Below, piece after piece: positions 1-11,019 of a stretch of 64,000 nucleotides of DNA. This DNA comes from Camelus ferus (Eukaryota): contig NC_045696.1 in NCBI RefSeq assembly GCF_009834535.1, positions 992,001-1,056,000 of the forward strand, written 5' to 3'. Below the pieces are notes generated by a model. That model saw only the letters and a list, made by a program, of their open reading frames with translations, searched no databases and had not been told where the DNA came from. How positions within the stretch are numbered: the first letter of the stretch is position 1; each line of letters begins with the position of its first letter. The translations under genes were made by a program, and so were the position numbers.

Positions 1-129
1 ACAGCCCCTCCTGATCCCCCTCCCACGGCCACGCCCCACCTGCTTGCGGGCTCCAGGGTCCAGGAACGACAGGGTGGGCCTGCCTGGGGCCCCCCTCCCA
101 CCCCTGCTGAGGCTCTGAGGGGTGGCTGC

Positions 130-622
130 TGTGAACGAAAATACTGCCGTGCGAGTGAAAATACTGCAACCATATCAGTAAACAAAGAATGCTGAAACCA
201 GGTCATCAGCGGCTGCCCCCACCCCCCAGTGGGGCCAGGCCTGCAGCCCGGCCTCTGCAGCCACTCACAGTGGTGCCCTCTGAGCGGACTCGGAATAAGA
301 AAGGACAGGACACTGGCCCTAGATAGCCAGGTGCTTGTCGAAGGAATGAATTCAGTGAGCCCAAATGTTTGCTTCCTCCCGTACATAGAACAGCGCTAAA
401 TTCTTTACCTTGAGATGCCTGATTCTCTTTAGATAACAAGTAATCTTTCATTGTTCCAACTACCTGGTCTTTGTTGTAAAGCTCCTATACATCCGGCTCC
501 TCCCCTACCTCTTCGGAGCAGCCCCTCAGAGCCACCTGAGAGGCTGTCACCCCGGCCTGAGTCCTCCCGCCAAATAGAACATAACTCTTAACTTTAAGGC
601 TGCGTGTGTATTTCAGTCGACA
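130..622 (+). repeat. 5' LTR (493 bp)
   Basis: Begins TGTGAACG, ends GTCGACA; near-identical to 6315-6795; followed by the PBS. The polyA-signal position reads AATAGA. Confidence 0.95.
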
Positions 623-626
623 GTTT

Positions 627-644
627 TGGTGACCACGAAGGGAC
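627..644 (+). promoter_or_regulatory. Primer binding site, tRNA-Arg-like
   Basis: TGGTGACCACGAAGGGAC 4 nt after the 5' LTR; resembles the complement of the tRNA-Arg(TCG) 3' end, as in ERV9/HERV-W type elements (from memory). Confidence 0.8.
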
Positions 645-1476
645 CCAGAGCAGACTTCTCTCCTTCGCCTGAGCTCTCCGAGGAACCGGAGCCTTGGTAC
701 CAGCAGAGGCCCTTTGTGCCCACCCGTCTCCTCGCGGAGTCCAGACGAATTTGGGTGAGTCTCTCCTGGATCTTGGGTCTCCCATATTGGTTGATGATCC
801 TGAGTTTTATTTGGCGGTGTATCCAGGTACCTGGCCCCCGAGTTGAAAGATACTGGGGGGAATTACCCACCCTGTGGAGACATGCTGGGTGGGGCCTGGT
901 TGAAAGATACCAGGAAATGCCCACCTTGAGGAGATGTCCGAGGTGGGGCTGGTGGAAAGACACTGGGGTCTGGACTGAGTGGTTAGGTAAGAGGCTGGTC
1001 TAACGCTTTCCTCAGTTTGGCTACCTCCATTAAATCCGTTGGGATAAAAGTAAAACTCTTATGAGAAACCTTTCACCTCCAAAAATGGGACCCTCCTCCT
1101 GGCTGGCAGCAGCCTTCTCGGGTGGCGGAGGCAACCTCGTGCCGTGCAGGTGTCCCTGCGGGAAACCTGATGCAGGTTTGTCTGACAGCCCGGCCTTAGA
1201 ACGGGGAAGTGAACTTTCAAAAAAAAAAAAAACAAAGAAAAAGAAAAGAAATGACAGATTGCCAGCCTCCAGCTAATACCCCAGCCAGGCTTATTTACCT
1301 ACAACACTTACAGCCTTAATGGGGAATTTAAAAAACCTCACTCTGAAAGTAACTAGCCAGGCCTGATAAAACATTTTCTGGAATCTGACCTTATAAAAAC
1401 AAAAGCCCCTTTGTGGGGAACCTGGATTTCTCTTCCTGTGTCCTTGAAATGTAGACATTCTGTGTTTCTCTGGGTG

Positions 1477-1480
<4 letters not shown>

Positions 1481-1534
<54 letters not shown>
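1481..1534. repeat. (GT)27 microsatellite inside the ERV
   Basis: Perfect GT dinucleotide run. Confidence 0.97.
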
Positions 1535-1536
<2 letters not shown>

Positions 1537-3722
1537 CCTTTTATTTGAAGGAAGGCTTGGACTCTGCCATGCAAAGGGTACAAGTATTGTGTGCATGTGG
1601 TGGCCAAGCAAATAAATTGGGATTCTCGGCGGTTCTTTGATTGTACCAATTCTCAGGCATTTTGCCATTTTGACCTTCATTGCATCAGCTGGGGCCACAA
1701 AGGACTTTACCTTTTGGGGAGTAAACTTTTGAAATTTATTTAGGCAACACCCCCCACTCTCATGTGGAAAAGCCTTTTCATCTTACTGGCTTAAGATCGC
1801 TATGCATGTATTAATTGAAGGCCATATGATGGATCCTTTAATGTGGAAAAGCTTCTAAATTGGTGAAAGTTAAGAGAGCTCTCATTATAAACAGCTGTTT
1901 TATTGGTACCTATTAAAATCAATCAAGTTTAAAGGTGGAAAAATATATCTAATGGTTAACCTAAGACCTTACTTTAAAAGAGGGAAAAGACCGGTTTGGA
2001 AAGCTACATTTGTGTTTTCTCTTTCTCTTCAATGGGTTTTAGAGATGCTAATAAAAACATTAGAATAATTAATGTTAATTAGGTTGAGTAACTGAAAAAA
2101 GAAATGTAAAAATGTCAAAAGGTTTTTTCTTAACAATAATAAGGGGTTTATCCCAAATGGATAAATGTTTTTTAGATGGTTATTTTGAATGGGATAAATA
2201 AAATGGACATTTTTGGATTTAGATACAAGGTTTTGATACTACACTACGTAAAGTTAAAAAAAAAAAAGGCCAAAGGGATCACCTACTGGTCCCCAACATT
2301 AAAGTTCAAACAAGTCCGCTTTATTTACCCCAGTTTAAAATGTATATATTTATAGGGCTAGAAAATATATATATATATATATACTAAGATACTTGATCAG
2401 TGATTGGGGCAACAAATCAATTACTCAAATTAAAAATTGACAAGGGCCTAAGTCCTTTGGCTCAAACTTGGGGATCCCAGAAACTTTTATATAAAAATTA
2501 GATAAAGTGGACAAGTAATAAAAGAAAAAGGCTCCTGGCACCCCTTCTAGCAGTAAGAATTATTGATTAAACCTAATAAATATTAAAATTAAAGGTATAA
2601 GAGTTAATAAAATGGAGACAAAAGTTTGTAAAGTTGGCATATTTAAGTGGGCTTTATATAAACCTCTTTTGCTTAACTATGTTGTGGGATAGACATGTTT
2701 CCGTGGAAAAACGCTTCCCCTTCCTGGTATTATAAGGCTGGGCACGTATCTGTCCCTCAGAAAACGTTACTTAAACAAACTAAAGGAAACCAATAGAGTT
2801 GCCTGAGCCATCCAATATAAAGTAAAACTAAAAACTAATATTCAGGGGCTAATAAAAAAAATAATAAGAGATCTACCCTGGGTTTAACTTACAACTCAAG
2901 GAAAAGAGACCTTACTAAATGCCTCCTGCAAGCTTTTGAAGACATGATAAAGTAAACCTTGAAGTTTTAAAACATGGCCTTCTTTGTTTAGAGTTCTTCT
3001 CACTGATAACTGAAAAGCCCGTTAAGGAGATACAGCCGGGCCTGGGTGACAGAGCAGTTCTCTGGGGGACTGGACGCGTCTGTCTTTGTCTTGCAGCTCA
3101 GAAACGCAGATACAGCAAACTGAGACCCAGGGCTGAGCCCAATCAGCTCAACGAGGTACAACTTAGGGCCAAAGAAATTTTTGGCATTTCAGAACTCAGA
3201 ACTCTGACAGGGTCCTTCAGACTTTGTCAAGAAATCTTAAATGTCTTTTTCATCAGCAGTGAGCCTTAGTGATTTGAGCAAGCAAATTCAGCTTGCTCCA
3301 ACTGTTGTTTGTAAGCAGTAAATTTATATTGTAACACCTAACTCCTAAGTGAGTTTTAAAGTGAAGCTACGAGATCGCTAGCTTTTGTCTGTATATAAGT
3401 CCGTGTACACATTATAGATATGAGATATTTCTCCTGCTAAAAAAAAAAATCAAAGTGAAACAGCTCTGCATAGTTGACGTAAAAATAAGAGCTTACAAAT
3501 TTAGTATTTTTAAAATAAAAACTGACCAAATTGACTTTCAGGTTCACATGAACTGGAAAATATTTAATGTTAAGCTAATGCTTGGTATTAAGTTTAGTTT
3601 AAGTTCGTTCTAATTAGTAAAGACATATTTAGAGTCATCAATATTAAGTACAATACGCTTACTGTGCCTAGGTTTAATGAAAGTCAAATAAGGTCCTGTT
3701 ATATCTGTTGCAGGTTTGTCAA

Positions 3723-3785
<63 letters not shown>
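3723..3785. repeat. (AAT)21 microsatellite inside the ERV
   Basis: Perfect AAT trinucleotide run. Confidence 0.97.
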
Positions 3786-3786
<1 letters not shown>

Positions 3787-5249
3787 TGTGGTAAAATTCT
3801 AAGTAAATTAAAATGCAAATGAGATGAGACCTTTTGGGTAAATTCTTTAAAATGTATTTTTTAAATGCATGCTTAAAATAATCTCTAAGTATTTGGTATC
3901 TTTAAATTCTAGAGTTGTGCTAAATTAAGTTAAATGATGGGAGTTTATTAAATAGCTATGCCACTTTCAGATAAAATAAGATTGAAATATTACTTAACAT
4001 TTGACTTCCTCTTACAGAGAAACTAAAGGTGTTTAAAAATATTAATAAATGTTTGGCACCACCCTGAAATGTTCTCTACTATTAAGGGAAACATCTCAGC
4101 ATCCTAGGAAAGTAAGGTGAATGTGTAAAGGAAGATATAAGGAAAGGAATTATATTTTGTTAATGGAAAATAGTGACTTTGTCCTGAAGCTGGTCACTTC
4201 TAGACGAAAGAGAAAGTAAGGGACAAAATAATATGAGTATAGAAAGCTGTGGAAGGCTTGTGGAAGAGGAACCCTGAGGAGAGTTTTGTACATGGTCGGG
4301 ACTGGCTAAGTTTAGAAGAAATGTGGTCAAAGTAAATGAATCTTAGAAGTAAGCCAGTAAAAGACCAGATTTGGTTTTCTCTCTGCTAAAAGGACAAAGT
4401 TTTCTTAAAATGTTAATCTGCCTTCAGTAACAGATTGTAAAGCTACTCATACCCCTTAAGTGATCTGTTCTGCCTTTCCCTTTGAAATATTTTCTTGTTA
4501 ATGAGTAAGCACTCTTTCACAGTGATCCATACTTTATCTGACCACGTGTTTTGAAACTTTTTAACAAGCTTCCCGAATATCAATTTCTGGTTAAAGTTCT
4601 TTTGATCTCCAGCTAACTTTGGGATGCTACAGAGGGCCCCTGGAACATCCCAAAGAGAGATTTTAAACTAGTAAGTTTCACTTGGTATGATAAATAACAT
4701 GGTATTGTCAAATGAATAATAAACCTTCCTAGGTTATATTGTATGAGAAATATTATTAATATAGATATTCTAGAATTTATATGGACTCCCTAAAATCCTG
4801 GTATATCTGAAATAACTGTTACCTAGTCATAATTCTGGTTATTGTGACCAGGTTTCTTTATCGATTACAGTGTAACGGTGTTTAACCATGCTGTTAAATC
4901 TTTTGTCATTTATAGACAGTTATTGTTTTAGTCTGATGATTTTACAAAATGCTTTATAGCACTGAACTCAACTAGGTAAGAAATTTTAAAGGTCTAATGA
5001 AAACTCTGATTTCATAAAACTGTTAACAAAAGGATTAGTTACATGGGACTGAGTAAACTGATGAATATGGTTATAATTATATTAAATTCTAGTTTTGTTA
5101 ATTGAGGTCTATATTTAGTAAGACACTTCCCAAATCATTCCTTGCTGTAATGTTACATTGCTGCGAAGTTTAACTGAATTATTAAAAGGACACTCTAGGT
5201 TTGCTTCTGAAGCTCAATAGTCTATCCTTGGGTAAAGATCCGATGCCCC

Positions 5250-5400
5250 ATGATCTGCAACCAGGGGGCTGTACACACTGGAACAGACATGACTTAAAGA
5301 ACTGTCTCCAACCTGAATGGAAGGACCCTTTACCAGGTACTCTTAACTAGACCATACACAGTGAAAGCTAAAGGAAGCTGACTTTTGGATTAGTTTCCAG
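5250..5400 (+). pseudogene. Degenerate retroviral pol (integrase C-terminus, GPY/F motif) remnant
   Basis: ctccaacctgaatggaaggaccctttaccaggtactcttaact reads LQPEWK(G)P-YQVLLT with frameshifts, matching the gammaretroviral WKGPYxVLLT motif; preceded by an LQPG-like codon run. Confidence 0.65.
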
Positions 5401-5559
5401 TCAGAAAGCGCCCCTGCAGTGGACTGGCCTATAGAGCACTGCTCACCTTAAAACAATGCTCAAATGAAGAAAAAGCTACCAGGCCAGCATGGGAAGAAGA
5501 CGACATCTGAGGTAGACAGCTGGCCCAAGACGCCGGGCCAGGCCTGCATACCAATTACT

Positions 5560-6060
5560 TAGATGTTTGCGCACACCTTTGATTATGAACTAATCCAACT
5601 GTTAGGTTCATGGTAAATTACCCATGTCTAGTTCTTCTGTGTTACCTTGGTGGGTTTCCCTACTCCAAGTCTCTAACTAGAGAGCCCTCAGAAAATTTAC
5701 TCTAAAAAGGAATGATAGTTCTGTTTACGCCACTATTGACATTACAAGGTGGGAGACCTCACCTAGCCAATTAATAATCCCTGCTCTGAGCCTGACCATA
5801 AATATGAATTTTCTTACAAGATCACTCAAGCTCAGTCAGAAACACAAGCCAAAATATTAACCCAAAAATGTAACTTCTCAACTATTAAATCCTTGCTTGT
5901 GACTTCAGTAACGTTACTAACTGTATTACTTACATCCTGTCTATTTTATAAAATTGTTGTCTTTTCCATTTCCCAGTGTGTAACCAGGCCTCCAGCAAGA
6001 TTGATGATGGCTAAACATCTTGAGGAAATAGATAAAATTTACAGCCCTGCATAAAATAAT
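5560..6060 (+). pseudogene. Possible highly deleted env remnant
   Basis: tccaactgttaggttcatggtaaattaccc reads SNC*VHGKLP, like the NCWVC..LP motif of SU. A hydrophobic TM-tail-like stretch lies near 5900-5980. Position is between pol and the PPT. Confidence 0.35.
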
Positions 6061-6296
6061 TGTAATAGTGTGATTCTAGGTATGGGAATGAGCAACCAGG
6101 GGAAAACATCTCCTGGATCATAATAGACTAGTAAGACAGGTGATCCAGGGAACTTTTAATACCAACAGGGCCTGATCCAAAACTGGCACTTTGAGTGGCA
6201 TGTCAACAGATTCTTCACCTGATCGAGGAATGAGCCTTCCAAGCACCGTGGGACAAAATTGGTCACGAAATGTCTCCCAAAATATTGGTCGAATTT

Positions 6297-6314
6297 AGGA
6301 CCAAGGGGGAGCAC
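6297..6314 (+). promoter_or_regulatory. Polypurine tract
   Basis: aggaccaagggggagcac immediately precedes the TG of the 3' LTR. Confidence 0.75.
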
Positions 6315-6795
6315 TGTGAACAAAAATACTGCCGTGAGTGAAAATACTGCAACTATATCAGTAAACAAAGAATGCTGAAACCAAGTCATCAGCGGCTGCC
6401 GCCACCCCCCAGTGGGGACAGGTCTGCAGCCCGGCCTCTGCAGCCACTCACAGTGGTGCCCTCTGAGCGGACTCGGAATAAGAAAGGACAGGACACTGGC
6501 CCTAGATAGCCAGGTGCTTGTCGAAGGAATGAATTCAGTGAGCCCAAATGTTTGCTTCCTCCCGTACATAGAACAGCGCTAAATTCTTTACCTTGAGATG
6601 CCTGATTCTCTTTAGATAACAAGTAATCTTTCATTGTTCCAACTACCTGGTCTTTGTTGTACATCCTAGCTCCTCCCCTACCTCTTCGGAGCCATCCTTC
6701 AGAGCCACCTGAGAGGCTGTCACCCCGGCTCAAGTCCTCCCGCCAAATAAAACATAACTTGTAACTTTTAGGCTGCGCGTTTATTTCAGTCAACA
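6315..6795 (+). repeat. 3' LTR (481 bp)
   Basis: Begins TGTGAACA, ends GTCAACA; AATAAA at 6746-6751; followed by the CTGC TSD. Confidence 0.95.
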
Positions 6796-7399
6796 CTGCC
6801 AAGAGTTGCCCATGGAGCTGTGGAACCGGGGCCTGATGCCAGCAGCCGCCTGCCACCTGGTGGTCACGTCCTGACAGCGGCCATCTCAACAACTCTGCTT
6901 TCAGAAAAGGCAGGAAAAGATAAGCCAGTTTCAGAGCCATTTACCTGAACACTTAAAACAGGTCAAACAACAGGGCACAACGTTCGGGAAACACAGACCC
7001 ACGGAGTAGCCGCACACACCCTGAATTCACAACGGGGCCTCCGGGGGGAAGAGGAGGGCTGCGGTCGGGGTGCGACTCCGGGTTCTCCGCTGAAAATGGA
7101 AACAAGGCACAATGCTAGGATCTGCAAATATGGACAACAGGTTAAAAGTAAACTAAAATAAAAGTAGGAAAAAAGCCCAAACACTAACAAAAATGTTCAT
7201 CTATCAATTTGTCAGTAATGATAGAAAGAGTAAAGATGACCGCATCAGCCCCCTGGCCCCAGGGAGGCTCCACCGCCTCAGTCACAGGCAGCCAGGGTTT
7301 ACCCAGGGCTGAGCTGGCTCCTCCTGGGGGCAAAGGCAGGAGACTCAAGCTGTGGGACAGAAGGGAAGGGGGCAGAGCACAGCCATTCAAGAAATGTCA

Positions 7400-8010
7400 C
7401 AGCACCTAACACCCACGTGGTGGAAGATTCGACCCCCAGTAGGGCCTCGAGGATTAAGGCGACAGGAGATCTGACTTGTGGCAGAACTCGAGCTTCGCTG
7501 TCTGCTCGCTGTGATGCAGCGGCACAGGAAATGACACCCACGGGCGCCGTGCCACCCCGAGGCTGGCACAAACGGTCAGAGTGGGCGCGGCCCAGTTGCT
7601 GGGAATCCCAGCCTCTTCCCCAGAGTGGCTGGAATGGTCGGCCCTCTTGCTGGCGCGTGAAGCTACCGAGCCCATGAGAACTGGCAACACCACGCCTCAC
7701 CACCTCTCTCGCTCCCTGGTCTTCAGAGCACGCCCGCGCTCTGTGCGGGCTGTGCGCCTGCCTTCAGCTGCCCTGAGCACCCGCCCCGCAGCGCGAGGCC
7801 GCGCGCTTGCCTTCGGACACAGCCTGCACTCTGTCTGGGGGGGGGGGTGTGTCTCTCCGAATACACCTACCTTTACTCACCTGTGGCTCCTCCTTGAATT
7901 CTTTCCTACGTGAAGCCAAGGACCCACACTCGGCGGGGCGTGTCCCAGGGCTCCACCGAGACCTGGGACACGGCCCTCCTCACCCCACATCCATTTTTCC
8001 TGTATCAGTT
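7400..8010 (+). mobile_element. Probable degraded solo LTR
   Basis: The 3' part (ctctccgaatacacctac...ttgaattctttcctacgtgaagccaaggaccc) resembles the R/U5 of ERV1 LTRs; boundaries approximate. Confidence 0.4.
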
Positions 8011-9639
8011 GTGAATGCGCATGTTTAGAACGTGGGAGAATCCGTTCACTCAGTTTTGCTGGGAGAAAAAGCACGTCTCTTGCCCTAAGTCTTGTGCCAA
8101 AGTAAGCAAAGCAGTGGACACGTTGGGAACTGTCCTGCTCTCTCCTGGGGCAGGAACAGGGCAGGCAGGCCCTGTGTCAGGTCAGGCAGCCCTGAGGGGA
8201 GCGTGCTCAGCCCAGGCCTGGCTGGCAGGGGACAGCAGTTGGGACCAGCAGGGCTCAGCTGAGGGGAGGAGGTCAGGAACGGCCTGGGGCTGCTCTGGGC
8301 CAGGCCCCTGTCCTGGTGGGGAGGGTGACTTGCCTGCCCCCAACCCAGGATCCTCAGGCGGTCCCAAGCCTGAGCAAGTGGAGGCTGCCTGCTGGCCCTG
8401 GCCCAAACTCCCCAGACGTGCACTCCTTGGGCAGCGGTGCCAGCCTGGACCCCAGGAGTCCCCTAGGCGGCGTCCCCGGGCCACGCATCACACAGCTGCA
8501 GGCAGAGCCACACTGCCCCCCAGTGGCCAGCCAGCCGCTCGCCCGGCCAGCCTGAGGCTCTTTCCAAGGTGTCTGTATGGTTCCTTGTTTACTGAGCAGA
8601 GAAGCTAGGAGCATGACTCAGGACAAGAACGACCAGAGACACCCTCACCTGAGGGCCTGGCCTTGGAGCAGCACCTGCTCAATTTTTCCATGTGCCTCCC
8701 TCTTCTGGTCCTGGTCCTGGGACCTGGTAAAGGGACAGTCCCTGTGCTCCTGGGGCTGAAGAGGGGCTGAGGTGGGGGGACCAACAAGTGACACACATGC
8801 AAATCAACAGGTGAGAGATAGGAAAGCAGGCACCTGGGAGCAGAGGGAGGGCCAGAGGGGGAGGGGAGAGGGAGGGGTGGGGACGGGGAGGGGAGGGGAG
8901 GGGGAGGGAGCTCTACTGACCTGAGAGTGTGCACGGGCTGGACCTGAGATGGCAAGCTCTTTCAATTTCTTTACACACTCACACTCACGTGCCCGTGCGC
9001 ACACGCACCACGCACACACAGGCTTGAACAGAGCGGCGGCACGTGATCCTGTGATCCAGTTTGCTCTCCGCGTTTCCCAGACACAGCAGTTCCCACGCAC
9101 ATGTCCGGGATGTGGTTTCCGGGGCCCCGTGGTGTCTCCCTGCAGCTTTGTAGCCCAGTTGAGGTCCCGCTGAGCGTCTCCAGCTTGCTTTCTAAAGAGC
9201 ACAGCCCTGTTCTTCTCTTCAACTTTGTGGAGGTGCGATTTACCCAAGTGAGCGGCAGGGTCTTTGTTAGCAGTTCATGCTTGTTTACCCTCTGCTCTGA
9301 GAAGGGCCTCCTTCCTCCTCTCGACCCGCTTGCCGGCACACCCGACACACCCTGCCTCCTCTGGCTGAGCCTGCTCCCCCAGCTCTGCAGAGGTGGTGGC
9401 TGGGTCTTGCCAGGGGCCCCGAGTAGTAGCCCTCTCCTTCCCGAGGGCTAGGATGCTTTGAAAATAGTGAGGGAGCAGCAGAGGGCTGTCCTGCCCTCAC
9501 CACCTCCCCCACAAGCTCTTCTGGCAGGTGGATGGGGGGGCAGTGAGTCCCAAAGATCTGGGGAGACGGGAGAGGGGAGAGCGAGCCCCCCACCCTCGCT
9601 TCCCAGCTCAGGTCACCTGGAAGACGTGAAAGATTCTAC

Positions 9640-10305
9640 TCACAGAAGCACAATTGTGAGCACAGAAAGTTCTAAAAAAATCGACCCCCAAACACTAGAA
9701 CTAATAAGTGAACTTCGCAAGGTTCCAGGACACCAAGTTCATACAAAAATAAACTGTGCTTCTACATACTAGCAACAAATAATTGGGAAATAAAAATTTT
9801 AAAACACCCACTTCCAGTAACAGTAAAGTCATAAAATATCTAAGAAGTAATTTAATGAAAATTTGCATGTTCTCTACACTGGAAACCACAAAGCACTGCT
9901 GGGAGGAATCAAAGATTATCTCAAGAAAGGGGTAAATAAAGATATACCACATTCACAGATTGGAAAGCTCATTGCTAGGGTGAAAATTCTCAAAGTTGAT
10001 CTCAAAATCAAAATCTCAGTGGGCTTTCTAGTTTGTAGAAATTGAGAAGCTGATTCAAAATCTATATAGAAAGGTAAGAGACATTCAACAGGAAATCAGT
10101 TTTGAGAAAGAAAAGCTAAGTGGGAGGTGGGAAGGCCATACACACGGGAAATCAAAGGCGACAAATAAGTCCAGGAAAAGACCACGTGTACGTAGATAAC
10201 TGATGTTCAACAGAGGTGTCCACATAATTCAGTTCGAGAAAGAACAGTCTTTGGACCAATTGTGCAAGAACAGCTGGGTACCCACAGGGCATCCACACTC
10301 ACAAA
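9640..10305 (+). mobile_element. Old LINE-1 ORF2 fragment
   Basis: A-rich; translates to LELISELRKVPGHQVH..., similar to L1 ORF2 LELINEFSKVAGYKIN, and a KDIPHSQIGKL segment resembling KDIPCSWIGRI. Confidence 0.8.
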
Positions 10306-10309
10306 CACG

Positions 10310-10786
10310 CATTAGAAACAGGCGATGCGCTTGGCAGCCAAAAAGCCACTCACCATCTGGTTCTACAAGAATGAAGTCACTGGACCCAGCGGTCAGTGAC
10401 CTTTAACACACCTGACAGGAGGTCAGGGCGGAGATCTGGCGTGAGGCACTCTGTGCTCTGGGAAAACTGGAAGGACAGGACTGCAGATAAATACTTCAAG
10501 AGAAAATTTTATGAACCCAACTTCTTGCATCTTGTCATACCCAGAAAGGCACTAAAACCATTAACAGAGACACCTGCTCCGGGTGACCTTCTACGGAGAC
10601 ACATGCTTGACTGCACAGACCCTCTTCACCAAAACCACACACACACACTGGCGTCCGCCCTTCACCTCTGCGGAGTGCTTGCCCAGAGCTCCTGGGAGGC
10701 TGTCTCCGGGCCTGCAGTCCTCAGCGCGTCCGCACGTGAAGCTGAACTCAGGACTCGCACATCGTGCTTTTCTCTTCCAGCTGACA
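10310..10786 (+). mobile_element. Solo LTR (ERV1-like, related in U5 to the provirus LTRs), inserted in L1
   Basis: 3' end gggaggctgtctccgggcctgcagtcctc...cttccagctgaca parallels gagaggctgtcaccccggcctgagtcctc...ttcagtcgaca of the 130-622 LTR; 5' boundary approximate. Confidence 0.6.
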
Positions 10787-10819
10787 AACCTGTTTAAAAG
10801 TTAAATCCGTAAAACGTCT

Positions 10820-11010
10820 AGATCTGTGTTGTCCATTTGGGGAGCCATTAGTTACATATACTTACATTTAAATTAATTGAAGTGAAGTGAACAGTCTGTT
10901 CTGAGCCACACTTCTCATGCTCACCTGCAGCTGGTGGCTGCCTGTTGGACAGGATAGAGACACGGCCCGTCGTCTCTGTCATCAGAGACGTCTGCTGGTC
11001 AGCGCTGTTA
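10820..11010 (-). mobile_element. MER3/MER33-like hAT-Charlie MITE
   Basis: ctgtgttgtcca...ggtggctgcctgttggacag...ggtcagcgctg matches the reverse complement of the MER3 consensus as recalled. Confidence 0.55.
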
Positions 11011-11019
11011 GGGATGAAA

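Larger units (their letters stand above)
130..6795 (+). mobile_element. Endogenous retrovirus provirus (ERV1/gamma-like), full LTR-internal-LTR structure, coding-dead
   Basis: Direct-repeat LTRs at 130-622 and 6315-6795, both TG...CA. CTGC at 126-129 and 6796-6799 is a 4-bp TSD. PBS at 627-644, polypurine tract before 6315. The ORF track has no entry between about 1700 and 6150. Confidence 0.95.

Noticed and set aside
838..975. CRISPR-like repeat-spacer array
   Set aside because: Only three short imperfect repeats inside a mammalian ERV leader; no cas genes and a eukaryotic context.
626..1003. 125-aa Trp-rich ORF in the ERV leader as a glyco-Gag or accessory protein
   Set aside because: Starts at a non-ATG codon overlapping the PBS and shows no Gag similarity I can recognise.
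1291..1698. HT-repeat proteins
   Set aside because: Translation of the (GT)27 microsatellite.
206..6940. Duplicated ORF MKDYLLSKENQ... (206-451 and within 6389-6940) as a paralogous gene pair
   Set aside because: It is simply the antisense translation of the two LTR copies.
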